DNA of 64,000 nt from an uncultured Bacilli bacterium (GTDB lineage Bacteria; Bacillota_I; Bacilli_A; RF39; UBA660). The stretch lies in the NCBI GenBank assembly GCA_947625085.1, contig CANQMV010000002.1, positions 1,490 through 65,489 on the forward strand, given 5' to 3'. The translations under genes were made by a program, and so were the position numbers. The notes below the pieces were generated by a model. That model made no database searches. It worked only from the letters and a program-made list of their open reading frames with translations, and was not told the DNA's origin. This document shows positions 27,349-37,362 of the stretch, one piece after another; position 1 is the first letter of the stretch, and every line of letters starts with the position of its first letter.

Positions 27349-27385
27349 AGGTAGGTATGTTTAATCGCATATCTACCTTTTTTTA
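27349..27385. terminator. Bidirectional terminator between convergent genes
   Basis: AGGTAGGTATG..CATATCTACCT 11-bp stem followed by T7. Confidence 0.65.
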
Positions 27386-27387
27386 AT

Positions 27388-27885
27388 TTATAGAAAATTT
27401 CTTTTAAATATTTCTCTAAACTCTTCTTTAGTTTTATGATAATATTGCATGAATCTTTGCTGACCTAATTTATGCCAATAGTCGTTAAAAGATTTATCTT
27501 CTTGCCATCTTTCATGGCATTTCCAACACATCCTAAGGCATAATCCATATTTCATAGAATTAGCTCTATTTTTACCTCTAAAAATTTCATGCCAAGTTAA
27601 ATCAGTTGTATTATCGCAAAACATACATTCATCTTTATTATCAGAAAATAAACTAAACCTATTTTTTTCTAATTTAGCAAGTTTATTTGATTTAGATTTT
27701 ATTTTTTTGTCAATCATTGTATTTTTTGTTGTTTTATTTTGCTGATTTGCACAATTTTTAGGATTTATTGTGCATTTATATTCTTTATATTTACAATTCT
27801 TACAATCATTTAAGGTTATCATTTTATTATTTAATTTGCACTCTAGTTTATGGTTTAATTTTTGCTTTAAATATTTACAATTCAT
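27388..27885 (-). CDS. Cys-rich zinc-binding / HNH-like protein at the prophage end
   Basis: ATG 27885 has SD GGAGGA. Multiple CxxC pairs and a C-terminal CMFC..WHEIFRGKNR..CWKCH motif. Confidence 0.4.
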   Translation of the reverse strand: MNCKYLKQKLNHKLECKLNNKMITLNDCKNCKYKEYKCTINPKNCANQQNKTTKNTMIDKKIKSKSNKLAKLEKNRFSLFSDNKDECMFCDNTTDLTWHEIFRGKNRANSMKYGLCLRMCWKCHERWQEDKSFNDYWHKLGQQRFMQYYHKTKEEFREIFKRNFL

Positions 27886-27914
27886 AGTATCCTCCACGAA
27901 TATCGTGAAGGTGC

Positions 27915-28112
27915 CTATTCCTCAGTTCCAATATCAGTTAATAAAGCTTTTCCTCGATTATCAGGCATTGTATATCTTTGATTTAAATATCTAAAAGCGG
28001 CAGCTAATTCCCCATTGGAACCACCATATTGAGTAACTAGCATTTTAGCTATTCTTAAATCTTTTTTCTTAATATTTACAGGATACTGTAATCTTTTTTC
28101 ATATTTCCACAT
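27915..28112 (-). pseudogene. cotJC: cotJC (spore-coat Mn-catalase family), N-terminal 65 codons only; interrupted by the prophage
   Basis: MWKYEKRLQYPVNIK..QYGGSNGELAAAFRYLNQRYTMP..LLTDIGTEE matches the CotJC N-terminus up to the conserved TDIGTEE(FAHLE). A TAG follows at the phage junction. Confidence 0.8.
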
Positions 28113-28113
28113 C

Positions 28114-28590
28114 CTACATCTCCCATGGCCACTTATCTTGTTCCCAACTAAATGGAACTTTTGTCATGTCATTACTATCTACATTCAAAGGACCATATCT
28201 CCTTTCATAATTTTTAACAAGTTCAACTGCCATTTTTCGATACTTATTAAATAAATTTAAAGCTTCCATATCATTTGGAAAATTATCTAAATACAAATTC
28301 AATTCATGAGCAGCAAAAGAAATTTGACCAATATTTAATAGCATTTCTTCTTTCTCACTTTTTACATTAATTCTAGCTGGTTGATAATTTTTATAAGCGT
28401 TATATAAATTTTTAAATAAATTACCTCTTATATAACCTTCATATGGTTGATATAAAGATAATTTATTATTATTACTTGATTCATTATAATTTAAAAGTCC
28501 AAGTGGTGAATCATCATCATTATTATTCATACCTTGATTTCCTTTAAAATTAGTAAAATAATCAATTTCATCAAACATACTATAGTTCAT
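28114..28590 (-). CDS. cotJB: Spore coat protein CotJB
   Basis: ..FAAHELNLYLDNFPND.EAL..Y......YERRYGPL......PWPWE are CotJB hallmarks. Adjacent to cotJC. Confidence 0.8.
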   Translation of the reverse strand: MNYSMFDEIDYFTNFKGNQGMNNNDDDSPLGLLNYNESSNNNKLSLYQPYEGYIRGNLFKNLYNAYKNYQPARINVKSEKEEMLLNIGQISFAAHELNLYLDNFPNDMEALNLFNKYRKMAVELVKNYERRYGPLNVDSNDMTKVPFSWEQDKWPWEM

Positions 28591-28652
28591 ATTTCCTCCT
28601 CAATATAATTTATTTAAATAAAAAAAATAGTTATATGACAAATAACTATTTC

Positions 28653-28973
28653 TTAAAAGATTTTTATATCTTTTATATCATCAATCTTAATAATTTCATT
28701 ATCCATAGTAATTATATGATTATTAACAACCCCAGCAATTTGACAACTTCTTTCTTTATCATCCGTAACAATTTCTACTTTGGTATTAAAAATATAACTA
28801 TTTTGGTTAATTAATTCTTTAATTTTTTCTCTAACAGTTAAATTATTATAATTTTGATTTTCAATTTTTGGATTAGGATGTTCTAAATCATCTTTTAAAC
28901 TATCAAATACTTCTTTATTATTACCACTTTTTTTCGAAAGTTGATTTTGATATATTTTAGGTAACTTTTTCAA
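28653..28973 (-). CDS. Hypothetical protein in the cotJA position (no CotJA motif seen)
   Basis: ORF track; lies upstream of cotJB on the same strand. Confidence 0.4.
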   Translation of the reverse strand: MKKLPKIYQNQLSKKSGNNKEVFDSLKDDLEHPNPKIENQNYNNLTVREKIKELINQNSYIFNTKVEIVTDDKERSCQIAGVVNNHIITMDNEIIKIDDIKDIKIF

Positions 28974-29038
28974 AATATCACTCCCATATAATAATATGTT
29001 ATTTGTATAGATTTATTAATTTTTTTCATAATAATAAT

Positions 29039-30157
29039 ATGAAAACAAATAAAATAACTTTAAATATTGTATTTTCGATTATTATTTTTATAATTGTTAG
29101 TATATTGTCAATTTATACAACTAAAGTTTTTTTAAAGGGAAGTTTAGATAATCTTTATTTAAAACAATTATTATTTTATGTTATAGGTAGTATTTTAACA
29201 ATTTTTATTACTTATAAAGGTTTTTCGCTTTTTAAAACTTATCATTATTTAATTTATATAGGTATTAATGTTTTACTATTAGGTCTTTTAATGTTTGGAA
29301 TTAGTGTTAATGGAAGTAAATGTTGGTTTTTAGTTGGACCAATTAGTTTTCAACCTAGTGAACTTATGAAAATAAGTCTAATTATTACTTTAGCAGAAGT
29401 AATTTCTAAATATAAGGATAAAAAACATTTAAAAAGAATGAAAGATGAATTTTTTTTACTGTTAAAACTTTTTATAATAACGCTTATTCCTAGTATTTTA
29501 ACCTTTTTAGAGCCTGATACAGGAGTAGTTATAATTTATTTTTTAATTTTATTTGTCATGATTTTTTTTACAGGAATTAGTAAAAAATGGTATTTAATCT
29601 TTTCTTTAATGGTGGTTTTTATAGGAGCAACTTTAACTTATTTATATATATTTCAAGAAAATTTCTTTTTATCATTAGTTGGCAATAGTATTTTTTATCG
29701 AATGGAGCGAATTTTTAACTGGGCTAGTAGTAATGGTTATCAACTAGAAAATAGTTTAATTGCAATTGGAGCAAGTGGGTTAACTGGTTTTGGATTTAAT
29801 CAAAATCCGGTTTATTTTCCAGAACCGCAAACGGATTTTATTTTTACAACTTATACAGCAAACTTTGGCTTTTTAGGCGCTTTGTTTTTAATTTTCGTTA
29901 TTCTTATTTTTGATACTTCCATTTTAAGACTTTCTTTAAAAAAAATTAAATTAGATGATAAATATATAATTTTAGGAATCTTTATCATGCTTTTTTATGG
30001 GCAACTTCAAAATATTAGTATGACAATTGGACTTTTACCAATTACCGGAATTCCGCTTCCATTTATTAGTTATGGAGGTTCTAGTTTAATTTCTTATATG
30101 TTTATTATAGGAATAATTTTAAATATTAATCGGGAAAGGTTAAAATATCGTAATTGA
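29039..30157 (+). CDS. SEDS-family peptidoglycan polymerase (RodA/FtsW/SpoVE)
   Basis: About 10 TM helices. Motif GSKCWF..GPISFQPSELMKI. C-terminal PFISYGGSS. Start is 29039 (ATG) or 29003 (TTG). Confidence 0.8.
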   Translation: MKTNKITLNIVFSIIIFIIVSILSIYTTKVFLKGSLDNLYLKQLLFYVIGSILTIFITYKGFSLFKTYHYLIYIGINVLLLGLLMFGISVNGSKCWFLVGPISFQPSELMKISLIITLAEVISKYKDKKHLKRMKDEFFLLLKLFIITLIPSILTFLEPDTGVVIIYFLILFVMIFFTGISKKWYLIFSLMVVFIGATLTYLYIFQENFFLSLVGNSIFYRMERIFNWASSNGYQLENSLIAIGASGLTGFGFNQNPVYFPEPQTDFIFTTYTANFGFLGALFLIFVILIFDTSILRLSLKKIKLDDKYIILGIFIMLFYGQLQNISMTIGLLPITGIPLPFISYGGSSLISYMFIIGIILNINRERLKYRN

Positions 30158-30212
30158 GAAGATAATAGGCTAAATTTTTCTTTTTTAGCATAAACTTATT
30201 ATAGGTGATTTA

Positions 30213-31412
30213 ATGCAAAAAGTAGTTATTAATGCAAGTTTAGGAGGAAATATTGAAGGTGGGGTTAATGCTAATTTAGTTGAAAAAGATTTTAATTTAG
30301 AAATATCTAAGTTAATTTATGATAAACTTCGAAGTCTTGGAGTTGATGCGTATTTAGTAAGAGATGATGATAGTACGTTAAGTGATGAAGAAAGACTTTC
30401 AATAATTAATCAATATTTAAATGGAGACTCTGGAATTGTTTTAACTAATAAACTAGCAAGTGGCTTGGATTCTGGAGCCGAAGTTATTTATGCTTTAAAA
30501 GATGCTGATACCTTAGCTATGCAAATTAGTAATAGTATTGAATCTCTTGGTCAAAATATTTTAAAATTTTATCAATTACGAGACCCTAATAATACCGCTT
30601 TAGATTTTTATTCAATTATTAGAGAAGTTCCTGAAAAGGTTGAAAGTCTTATTGTTAGTTATGGTTATTTAGATTCTTCAAAAGATATTGATTTTCTGCA
30701 AACTAAAAAAGAAGAATTAGCAACTAATATTGCTCTTACTATTTATGATTATTTAAATAAAAATAATATTTATGTAGTTAAAGAGGGTGATAGTTTATAT
30801 ACTATTGCTCGTAAATATGAAACAACTGTAGCTAAATTAAAAGAACTTAATAATTTGGTAACTAATAATTTAGCAGTTGGTCAAGAATTAATAATTCCAA
30901 GTAATAAGCAAAATGGTTTGAATTTGTCCGAGCAAGACTTTTTAATTTATACTGTTAAACCAGGAGATACGTTATATACAATTGCAAGAGCAAATAATAC
31001 TACAATAGATGTTTTAAAAGAAATTAATAATTTAGAAAGCGATAATTTAAATTTAGGAGAAATATTAAAAATTCCAACGAAAATTACGAATGAAGATATG
31101 GAAAATTATCAAATATATGTTGTCAAACCTTTAGATAATTTATATGATATTGCGAAAAGATTTAATGTTAGCGTTCTTGAAATTAAAAATTTAAATGGGT
31201 TAAGCAGTGATAATTTAACAATTGGTGAAGTTTTAAAAATTCCAAATCAAAGTAATAAGTCTAATTATTTTAATTATGTAGTTAAAAAGGGTGATAATTT
31301 ATATAAAATTGCTAATTTATATCAAACTACTGTTTCAGAACTTAAAAATTTAAATAATTTAGAAAATAATGATTTAACAGTTGGTAAAGTTTTGAAAGTT
31401 CCCAAAGTTTAA
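30213..31412 (+). CDS. Amidase_3-like domain (zinc ligands substituted) plus four LysM repeats
   Basis: The N-terminus aligns to the MurNAc-L-Ala amidase fold, but GHGG is SLGG and SIHxN is VLTNK. Four Y.V..GD.LY.IA......L..LN repeats follow. Confidence 0.65.
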   Translation: MQKVVINASLGGNIEGGVNANLVEKDFNLEISKLIYDKLRSLGVDAYLVRDDDSTLSDEERLSIINQYLNGDSGIVLTNKLASGLDSGAEVIYALKDADTLAMQISNSIESLGQNILKFYQLRDPNNTALDFYSIIREVPEKVESLIVSYGYLDSSKDIDFLQTKKEELATNIALTIYDYLNKNNIYVVKEGDSLYTIARKYETTVAKLKELNNLVTNNLAVGQELIIPSNKQNGLNLSEQDFLIYTVKPGDTLYTIARANNTTIDVLKEINNLESDNLNLGEILKIPTKITNEDMENYQIYVVKPLDNLYDIAKRFNVSVLEIKNLNGLSSDNLTIGEVLKIPNQSNKSNYFNYVVKKGDNLYKIANLYQTTVSELKNLNNLENNDLTVGKVLKVPKV

Positions 31413-31476
31413 TTGGTAAAAACTGTAATTTGCTCTAATTTAGCATTTATGTTATAATTAAGTGCAAGGAGATTTT

Positions 31477-32247
31477 ATGAAATTATTTTTAAATACGATG
31501 TTAAAGGGGTTAGCAACAGCATTAGTCGTGGTGTTATTGGGCGGTTATTTATATATAAATGTAGCCTTAAAAAATACAAACAACAATACTACTAGTTTAA
31601 AACTTATTTCATCTAGTCTTGTTAATTCTTTATCAACTAATAAAATAAATGATGAAGAAACTCTTGAAAATGAACAAGAAAACTTAGATTCTAAACAAGA
31701 AGAAACTAAAGAGATAGAGCCTGAAGAAATTACTACTAAAAGTGAAACTAAACTTGAAACAGAAACGAAAAAAGAAGTAGAAATTAAAGACGAAGAAAAA
31801 GAAATAGAAGTAGATAACCAAAATTCTTTGAAAGAAGAAGTTGGTAATGAAAATAAATATGACCCTAATTTAGAAGTTTTAGAAACAGCTGAAGTTTTAC
31901 AAACTTATCAAGGAAAAATTACCGGTTATGGACCAGATTGTGCTGGTTGTAGTGGGGTTACAGCAAGTGGTTTTAATGCTAAAGATGGCAACATTTATTA
32001 TGATGATAAAACTTTTGGAACGATAAGAGTCGTTGCTGCTGATAAATCAATTCCTTTTGGTTCAATTGTTAAAATAGAAGGTCTTGATATCTCACCACTT
32101 TTAGCAATTGTCCTTGACCGAGGAGGAGCAATTGGTTTTTCTGAAGGAAAACATGCTTACTTTGATTTATTATATGAAAATGAAACTGGAGCCTTAGCCT
32201 TTGGAAGAAAAGATGCTACATTCGAAATCTTAAGACTAGGTTATTAA
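31477..32247 (+). CDS. 3D-domain (RlpA/MltA-like) cell-wall protein
   Basis: TM anchor, acidic linker, and C-terminal GKITGYGPDCAGCSG.TASG..VAAD...PFGS.V.I..LDRGGAI. Confidence 0.7.
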   Translation: MKLFLNTMLKGLATALVVVLLGGYLYINVALKNTNNNTTSLKLISSSLVNSLSTNKINDEETLENEQENLDSKQEETKEIEPEEITTKSETKLETETKKEVEIKDEEKEIEVDNQNSLKEEVGNENKYDPNLEVLETAEVLQTYQGKITGYGPDCAGCSGVTASGFNAKDGNIYYDDKTFGTIRVVAADKSIPFGSIVKIEGLDISPLLAIVLDRGGAIGFSEGKHAYFDLLYENETGALAFGRKDATFEILRLGY

Positions 32248-32323
32248 AAAAATAGTAAAATAAAGTCAATCTCCTTTAATTTAGATTTGTTTTTGATATA
32301 ATCTAATTAAAGGAGAATTTTTA

Positions 32324-33070
32324 ATGTTAGAAAAAAATTTAATCACGAAAGAAAAGAATGAAAAGGGAGCTATTGTTAAAATACCATATAAAGATTCACT
32401 TACTATTATAAGTAAAAAGGGAATTTTACTTAATAACCAAAAGAAAAAACAAACTTCTACTAATAAAATAACGGTTGCTTTACAATTTTTAGAATACGAA
32501 TTACCTTATTTAAAACTTCAAGATAATAAATTAGAATTAAATATACTTTTAAAAGATGATGATAAACCTTATCTTTTAAAACAAAAATTAAACTTTTTAT
32601 TACCAAAAACTTTTATAGTTGATAGTAGGGAAATTTTAGAATTATTGTCCTCAAATACTAATTATATTTTTGATTTAGATGGTAATTTTTATACTTTAGA
32701 TAATTTCTTACCCCAAAAAAAAGATGTTTTAAAAAGCTATCAAGATTATTTGTATAAAAAAGCTAAATTACAAATGCTAGCCATATCAGATAATCCCTTA
32801 ATAAATCAATTTTATATTAATCATTATATGGAGAATTTAAAAACGATTAATAATTTATCAATTGATTTAGTTCCAGATGATTTTTATGATTATTATCATT
32901 ACTTACTTGTTAATATCGAAAATGGAACTTTCAAAATTCAAAAATTAGATATTAGTCCTAGAACTTTCCAAGATTATCAAATAAAAATTAGTAATCCTAA
33001 ATTTAATTTTTCAAATTTAACTTATTTAGACCCTGAATCATCAAAAGTCAAAATAAAAAAACATGAATAA
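32324..33070 (+). CDS. Hypothetical protein
   Basis: ORF track; SD AAAGGAGAA. Confidence 0.5.
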   Translation: MLEKNLITKEKNEKGAIVKIPYKDSLTIISKKGILLNNQKKKQTSTNKITVALQFLEYELPYLKLQDNKLELNILLKDDDKPYLLKQKLNFLLPKTFIVDSREILELLSSNTNYIFDLDGNFYTLDNFLPQKKDVLKSYQDYLYKKAKLQMLAISDNPLINQFYINHYMENLKTINNLSIDLVPDDFYDYYHYLLVNIENGTFKIQKLDISPRTFQDYQIKISNPKFNFSNLTYLDPESSKVKIKKHE

Positions 33071-33331
33071 TTATCTCATGTTTATACTTAAACTTGGTTC
33101 ATTTAATTTAGTTTCTAAAGCTTTAAGATTTAAAATATTACCTTTATATGTATCAATTTCTTCACCTAAACAGTTTATAGAAGCATTTTCTAAAGCTTTG
33201 ATATAATTTTCAAGTAAGTTTTTATAGCCTTTTCCAATTAACATTCTATAATGAGTTAAAATACTATAATAATATCTTTGCCAAGTTTTAAAATCAAGTT
33301 TCTTTGTTTTTATTGTTTCAATATCACTCAT
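33071..33331 (-). CDS. Hypothetical small protein
   Basis: ORF track; SD GGAGG. Confidence 0.45.
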   Translation of the reverse strand: MSDIETIKTKKLDFKTWQRYYYSILTHYRMLIGKGYKNLLENYIKALENASINCLGEEIDTYKGNILNLKALETKLNEPSLSINMR

Positions 33332-33366
33332 AAGACCTCCTGAAGAGAGTATTATATCATTAATTT

Positions 33367-33645
33367 TTAATTTTGCAAGAAATCTTGATATTTTAACCGA
33401 TATTTTATATATAAATTAAAAACCTTATCATAATTTTCTTCACTTAAATAATTTTTAGCTTCCTTAAAAACTAACATATAATTATTACCTAATAAGAATT
33501 GATAATTATTTTTTAAAGTTTTAAAAATATAGGTAGCCTCTTTTTCAGTTAAAGTTATATCATTTAAAGAGGCAAATTTTAATATATCAGCTATTTCTAA
33601 TTTATTAATATATTCCCGAAAAATTAATTCATACACAAACATCAC
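33367..33645 (-). CDS. Hypothetical small protein
   Basis: ORF track. Confidence 0.4.
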   Translation of the reverse strand: MMFVYELIFREYINKLEIADILKFASLNDITLTEKEATYIFKTLKNNYQFLLGNNYMLVFKEAKNYLSEENYDKVFNLYIKYRLKYQDFLQN

Positions 33646-33703
33646 CTAATCAATTATATTCATAAAAGTTTTAAAAATACTAATAATATAAATGGTGATT
33701 TAA

Positions 33704-35665
33704 TTGCAAACAAAAATTAATTTTTTAAATATCTTTATGTATCTAATCTTTATCGTTATTATGGGAAGACTTTATTATCTTCAAATCATTAATTATGATT
33801 ATTATTTAGATAAATTAAATGCTTTAAATAATAAGACGGTTTTAGGAGATTCAATGCCAAGAGGGAGAATTTATGATTGTAATGGGGTTTTACTGGTTGA
33901 TAATACATTAGTTAAAACCATTTATTATAAAAAAGAAGCTGGAATAACGACTACTGAAGAAATTGCCTTAGCTTATAAAGTTAAAGACTATTTAGATTTA
34001 AATTATTCAAAACTAACTACTTCTTATTTAAAAGATTTTTATATTTTAACTCATGAAGAAGAAGTAAATTCTTTAATTACTGAATCAGAATATAATCTTT
34101 ATAAAAGACATAAACTAAGTGAAAATGATTTTTATAAATTAAAAAAATCAAAGATAAAAGAAAGTGATTTAGAAATATATAAAGAAGATGATAAAAAAGC
34201 AATTTATCTTTATTATTTAATGAATAATGGTTATTCTTATGATGATAAAATAATAAAAGTTTATGCAACTGAAGAAGAATTTGCCTATTTTTCCGAAAGT
34301 AATTCTAAATTACAAGGATTTGATACTAAATATACTTATGATAGGTTATATTTATATGGTGATACTTTAAAAAATATTTTAGGAACAACGGGCAAGATTA
34401 CAAGTGAAAATAAAGATTATTATTTAAAAAATGGTTATAGTTTAAATGATACAGTTGGACTTAGCAATTTAGAATATGTATATGATTCTTATTTAAAGGG
34501 TGAAAAAGAAACTTATTTAGTTCAAAATAATGAAAAAATTTTAATTAAAGATGGAAAAGTTGGTAATGATTTATATTTAACTATTGATATTAAACTTCAA
34601 AAATTAGTTGATGATACCTTAACTAGGGAAATTAAAACAGCAAAAAGTTCAATTAATACTAAATATTTTGACCGAAGTTATGTAACTATTTCCAATCCAA
34701 ATGATGGAAGTATTAAAGCGATAAGTGGTAAATTATATCAAAATGGAAAAATATCTGATTATGGAATTGGGGCCTTAACTGATACTATGACTAGTGGAAG
34801 TGTTGTAAAAGGAGCAAGTATTTTAGTTGGTTATCAAGAAGGGGCTGTTAAAGTAGGCGAGTTTATGGTTGATGAATGCATTAAATTAAAAGCAACTCCT
34901 AAAAAATGTTCAATTTATACTATGGGTTATATTAATGATTTAGGAGCCATTATTAATAGTAGTAATGTTTATCAATTTAAAATTGCTCTTCGAGTTGGAG
35001 GGGTTAATTACCGAGAAAATGCACCTGCTTATGTAAAAAAAGAAGCCTTTGATACTTACCGGGAATATTTTTCAAGATTTGGATTAGGAGTAAAAACCGG
35101 GATAGATTTACCAAATGAAAGCAGTGGTTATAAAGGTGATTTAGTAAATGCTGGACTTCTAATGAATTTAGCAATTGGTCAATATGATACTTATACCAAT
35201 GTTCAATTAAATCAATATATTTCAACACTTGCAAATGGGAAAACTAGATATAAACTTCATTTATTAAAAGAGATAAAAAATCAGGATGAAACTTTAGTTT
35301 TATATGAAAAAGAAGCTTTAAACAATATTAATATAGATGATAATTATTTAAATCGCGTTAAAAAAGCTTTAAATTTAGTAATTAAAGAAGGAACTGGGCG
35401 TAATTATATAGATTTAAAATATAATCCAAGTGGTAAAACCGGAACCAGTGAAACCTTCGTTGATAGTAATTTAGATGGAAAATTTGAAACCGAATCAATT
35501 TCTACAGCCTTTGTTGCTTATTTTCCAACTGATAACCCCGAGTATGCCATTTCTATAAGTAGTCCTAATATTAGTTATATCAATAATAAAAGTAGTTATA
35601 TTTATCCCTTTAATAAAATAGTTATAAGAAAAATAACTGACAATTTATATTCAGTTATTAGTTAA
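33704..35665 (+). CDS. Penicillin-binding protein 2 (class B transpeptidase; PBP2/SpoVD-like)
   Basis: N-terminal anchor, PRGRIYDCNG, and the SGSVVK (SxxK), SSN and KTGT motifs. TTG start after GGTGA. Confidence 0.85.
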   Translation: MQTKINFLNIFMYLIFIVIMGRLYYLQIINYDYYLDKLNALNNKTVLGDSMPRGRIYDCNGVLLVDNTLVKTIYYKKEAGITTTEEIALAYKVKDYLDLNYSKLTTSYLKDFYILTHEEEVNSLITESEYNLYKRHKLSENDFYKLKKSKIKESDLEIYKEDDKKAIYLYYLMNNGYSYDDKIIKVYATEEEFAYFSESNSKLQGFDTKYTYDRLYLYGDTLKNILGTTGKITSENKDYYLKNGYSLNDTVGLSNLEYVYDSYLKGEKETYLVQNNEKILIKDGKVGNDLYLTIDIKLQKLVDDTLTREIKTAKSSINTKYFDRSYVTISNPNDGSIKAISGKLYQNGKISDYGIGALTDTMTSGSVVKGASILVGYQEGAVKVGEFMVDECIKLKATPKKCSIYTMGYINDLGAIINSSNVYQFKIALRVGGVNYRENAPAYVKKEAFDTYREYFSRFGLGVKTGIDLPNESSGYKGDLVNAGLLMNLAIGQYDTYTNVQLNQYISTLANGKTRYKLHLLKEIKNQDETLVLYEKEALNNINIDDNYLNRVKKALNLVIKEGTGRNYIDLKYNPSGKTGTSETFVDSNLDGKFETESISTAFVAYFPTDNPEYAISISSPNISYINNKSSYIYPFNKIVIRKITDNLYSVIS

Positions 35666-36220
35666 ATATTTAAGTTTTATTTTAGCAATTATCTTTTGAT
35701 AAATTACTTTCATATCCTTCTCATTAACTACTTTTGAAATATCAGAAATATTTATCCAGGAAACACTAGAGTTTTCATCTTCTTTATTTTTAATAAAATC
35801 TTTATCGTTAGCTTGAAAAAGATAAGTTACATTTAAATGAGAATGCGAAGATACAAATTTTTGATTTTTAAAATGTGAAGAAACTGCTAATATCTCTAAA
35901 CTAAAAATATTTTTATCTAAAATTTGAAAATTTTCAAGACTACTTTCTTCTTTAGTTTCTCTAATTGCAACATTTAAAAAGTTGCTATCCAAGTCTACAT
36001 GTCCTCCTAAAAAAGAATAAGATTTATAAATATTATGATAAGCCATTAATACCTTAGTAAAATCTTGATTTACAATAAAAGCACTACTGGTAAAATGACC
36101 AAAAACGTTTTCTCTTCTTAGACAATCATCAAAAGTATTTAAATATTTTAACATTACTAGTTTATCATTTTCTTCTTGAACATTAAACGGTTCATAATTT
36201 TCAATCATTTCTTTTATCAT
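35651..36220 (-). CDS. NUDIX hydrolase
   Basis: Nudix box GGHVDLDSNFLNVAIRETKEESSL. ATG 36220 has SD GGTGAT. Confidence 0.75.
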   Translation of the reverse strand: MIKEMIENYEPFNVQEENDKLVMLKYLNTFDDCLRRENVFGHFTSSAFIVNQDFTKVLMAYHNIYKSYSFLGGHVDLDSNFLNVAIRETKEESSLENFQILDKNIFSLEILAVSSHFKNQKFVSSHSHLNVTYLFQANDKDFIKNKEDENSSVSWINISDISKVVNEKDMKVIYQKIIAKIKLKYLTNN

Positions 36221-36254
36221 AATATCACCACTTGTTATTATATAAGAAAATAAT

Positions 36255-37232
36255 TTATCTAACAAGATAATTAATTAATTTTTCTAATTTATGTAAAAAC
36301 GGATAAAAGATTAAAATGGAAAAAAAGTTAAAGAGAGTATGGATAAGTGCAATTTTAAAAGAATTAACTGAATTAGTTAAAAATTCTAAATTAAATAATT
36401 TAGCAAGATAAAAAATAATTAAAAAAATAATAGTTCCAATTAGATTATATAAAAGATGACTAACCGCCACTTTTTTAGCATTTTTAGAAGTATTAATACT
36501 AGCTACTAAGGTTGTAAGACAAGTCCCAATATTTTCACCCATAATAATTGGCGTAGTTGTATAATAAGTTAATTTAGTTGTTTCTGATAGGGTTTGTAAA
36601 ATAGCGATCGTTGCACTTGATGATTGAATTAAAGTCGTTGCAACAAGACCAGTTAAAACCCCAATTATTGGATTATTAAAAGAACTTAGCAAATTTTTAA
36701 ACCAAGCATACTCTTTTATTGGTTCTAAACTTTTTCCAATCATTAATAAACCTAACATAAAAAGTCCAAAGCCAAGCAAAACTTCACTTTTATTTTTTTT
36801 ACCTTTAAATCTTAAAATAAGACCAATTACTAAAATTAAAGGAATATAATTATTAGGATTTAAAAAAATTAAAAGGTTATTACTTTCTTTTAAATTTAAA
36901 AGAGAAATAATAAAAGAAGTAATACAAGTTCCCAGATTTGCTCCCATCATTATTCCTAAAGAATTATGAAAGGTTAAAAGATTTGAATTTACTAAACTAA
37001 CTGTTGAAATAGTAGTAATAGTTGAACTTTGAATAATTGCTGTTAAAATAGTTCCAAAGATAATACCTTTTAAAGGAGTTTTGGTATATTTTTCTAAAAT
37101 TAATTTAATCTTTTTTTGATATAAATTACCAAGAGCTTTGGAAAATAAGTTGATACCAAAGATAAATAAAATTAAACTAATTAAAAATTTTATTACTATA
37201 TTCATAGTATTATTTATTAAAATTATTTTCAT
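36255..37232 (-). CDS. Na/Pi cotransporter family membrane protein
   Basis: Duplicated QSS(T/S)..T motifs (QSSTITTIS and QSSSATIAIL). Polytopic. Confidence 0.7.
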   Translation of the reverse strand: MKIILINNTMNIVIKFLISLILFIFGINLFSKALGNLYQKKIKLILEKYTKTPLKGIIFGTILTAIIQSSTITTISTVSLVNSNLLTFHNSLGIMMGANLGTCITSFIISLLNLKESNNLLIFLNPNNYIPLILVIGLILRFKGKKNKSEVLLGFGLFMLGLLMIGKSLEPIKEYAWFKNLLSSFNNPIIGVLTGLVATTLIQSSSATIAILQTLSETTKLTYYTTTPIIMGENIGTCLTTLVASINTSKNAKKVAVSHLLYNLIGTIIFLIIFYLAKLFNLEFLTNSVNSFKIALIHTLFNFFSILIFYPFLHKLEKLINYLVR

Positions 37233-37362
37233 TTAATTCCAAAATATGTTAGGAGTTTTAATATTTTTTTGGATTTTCTAATTTCTTTATTGTCAAATTA
37301 AGAAAAATTTATTATAATAATAAACAATTTATGGGGATAATTATTTCGTTTATGGAGGAGTT

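Noticed and set aside
27770-27994. Plus-strand 74-aa ORF spanning the phage/host junction
   Set aside because: It is antisense to both the phage Cys-rich gene and the cotJC fragment, so it is a chance ORF.
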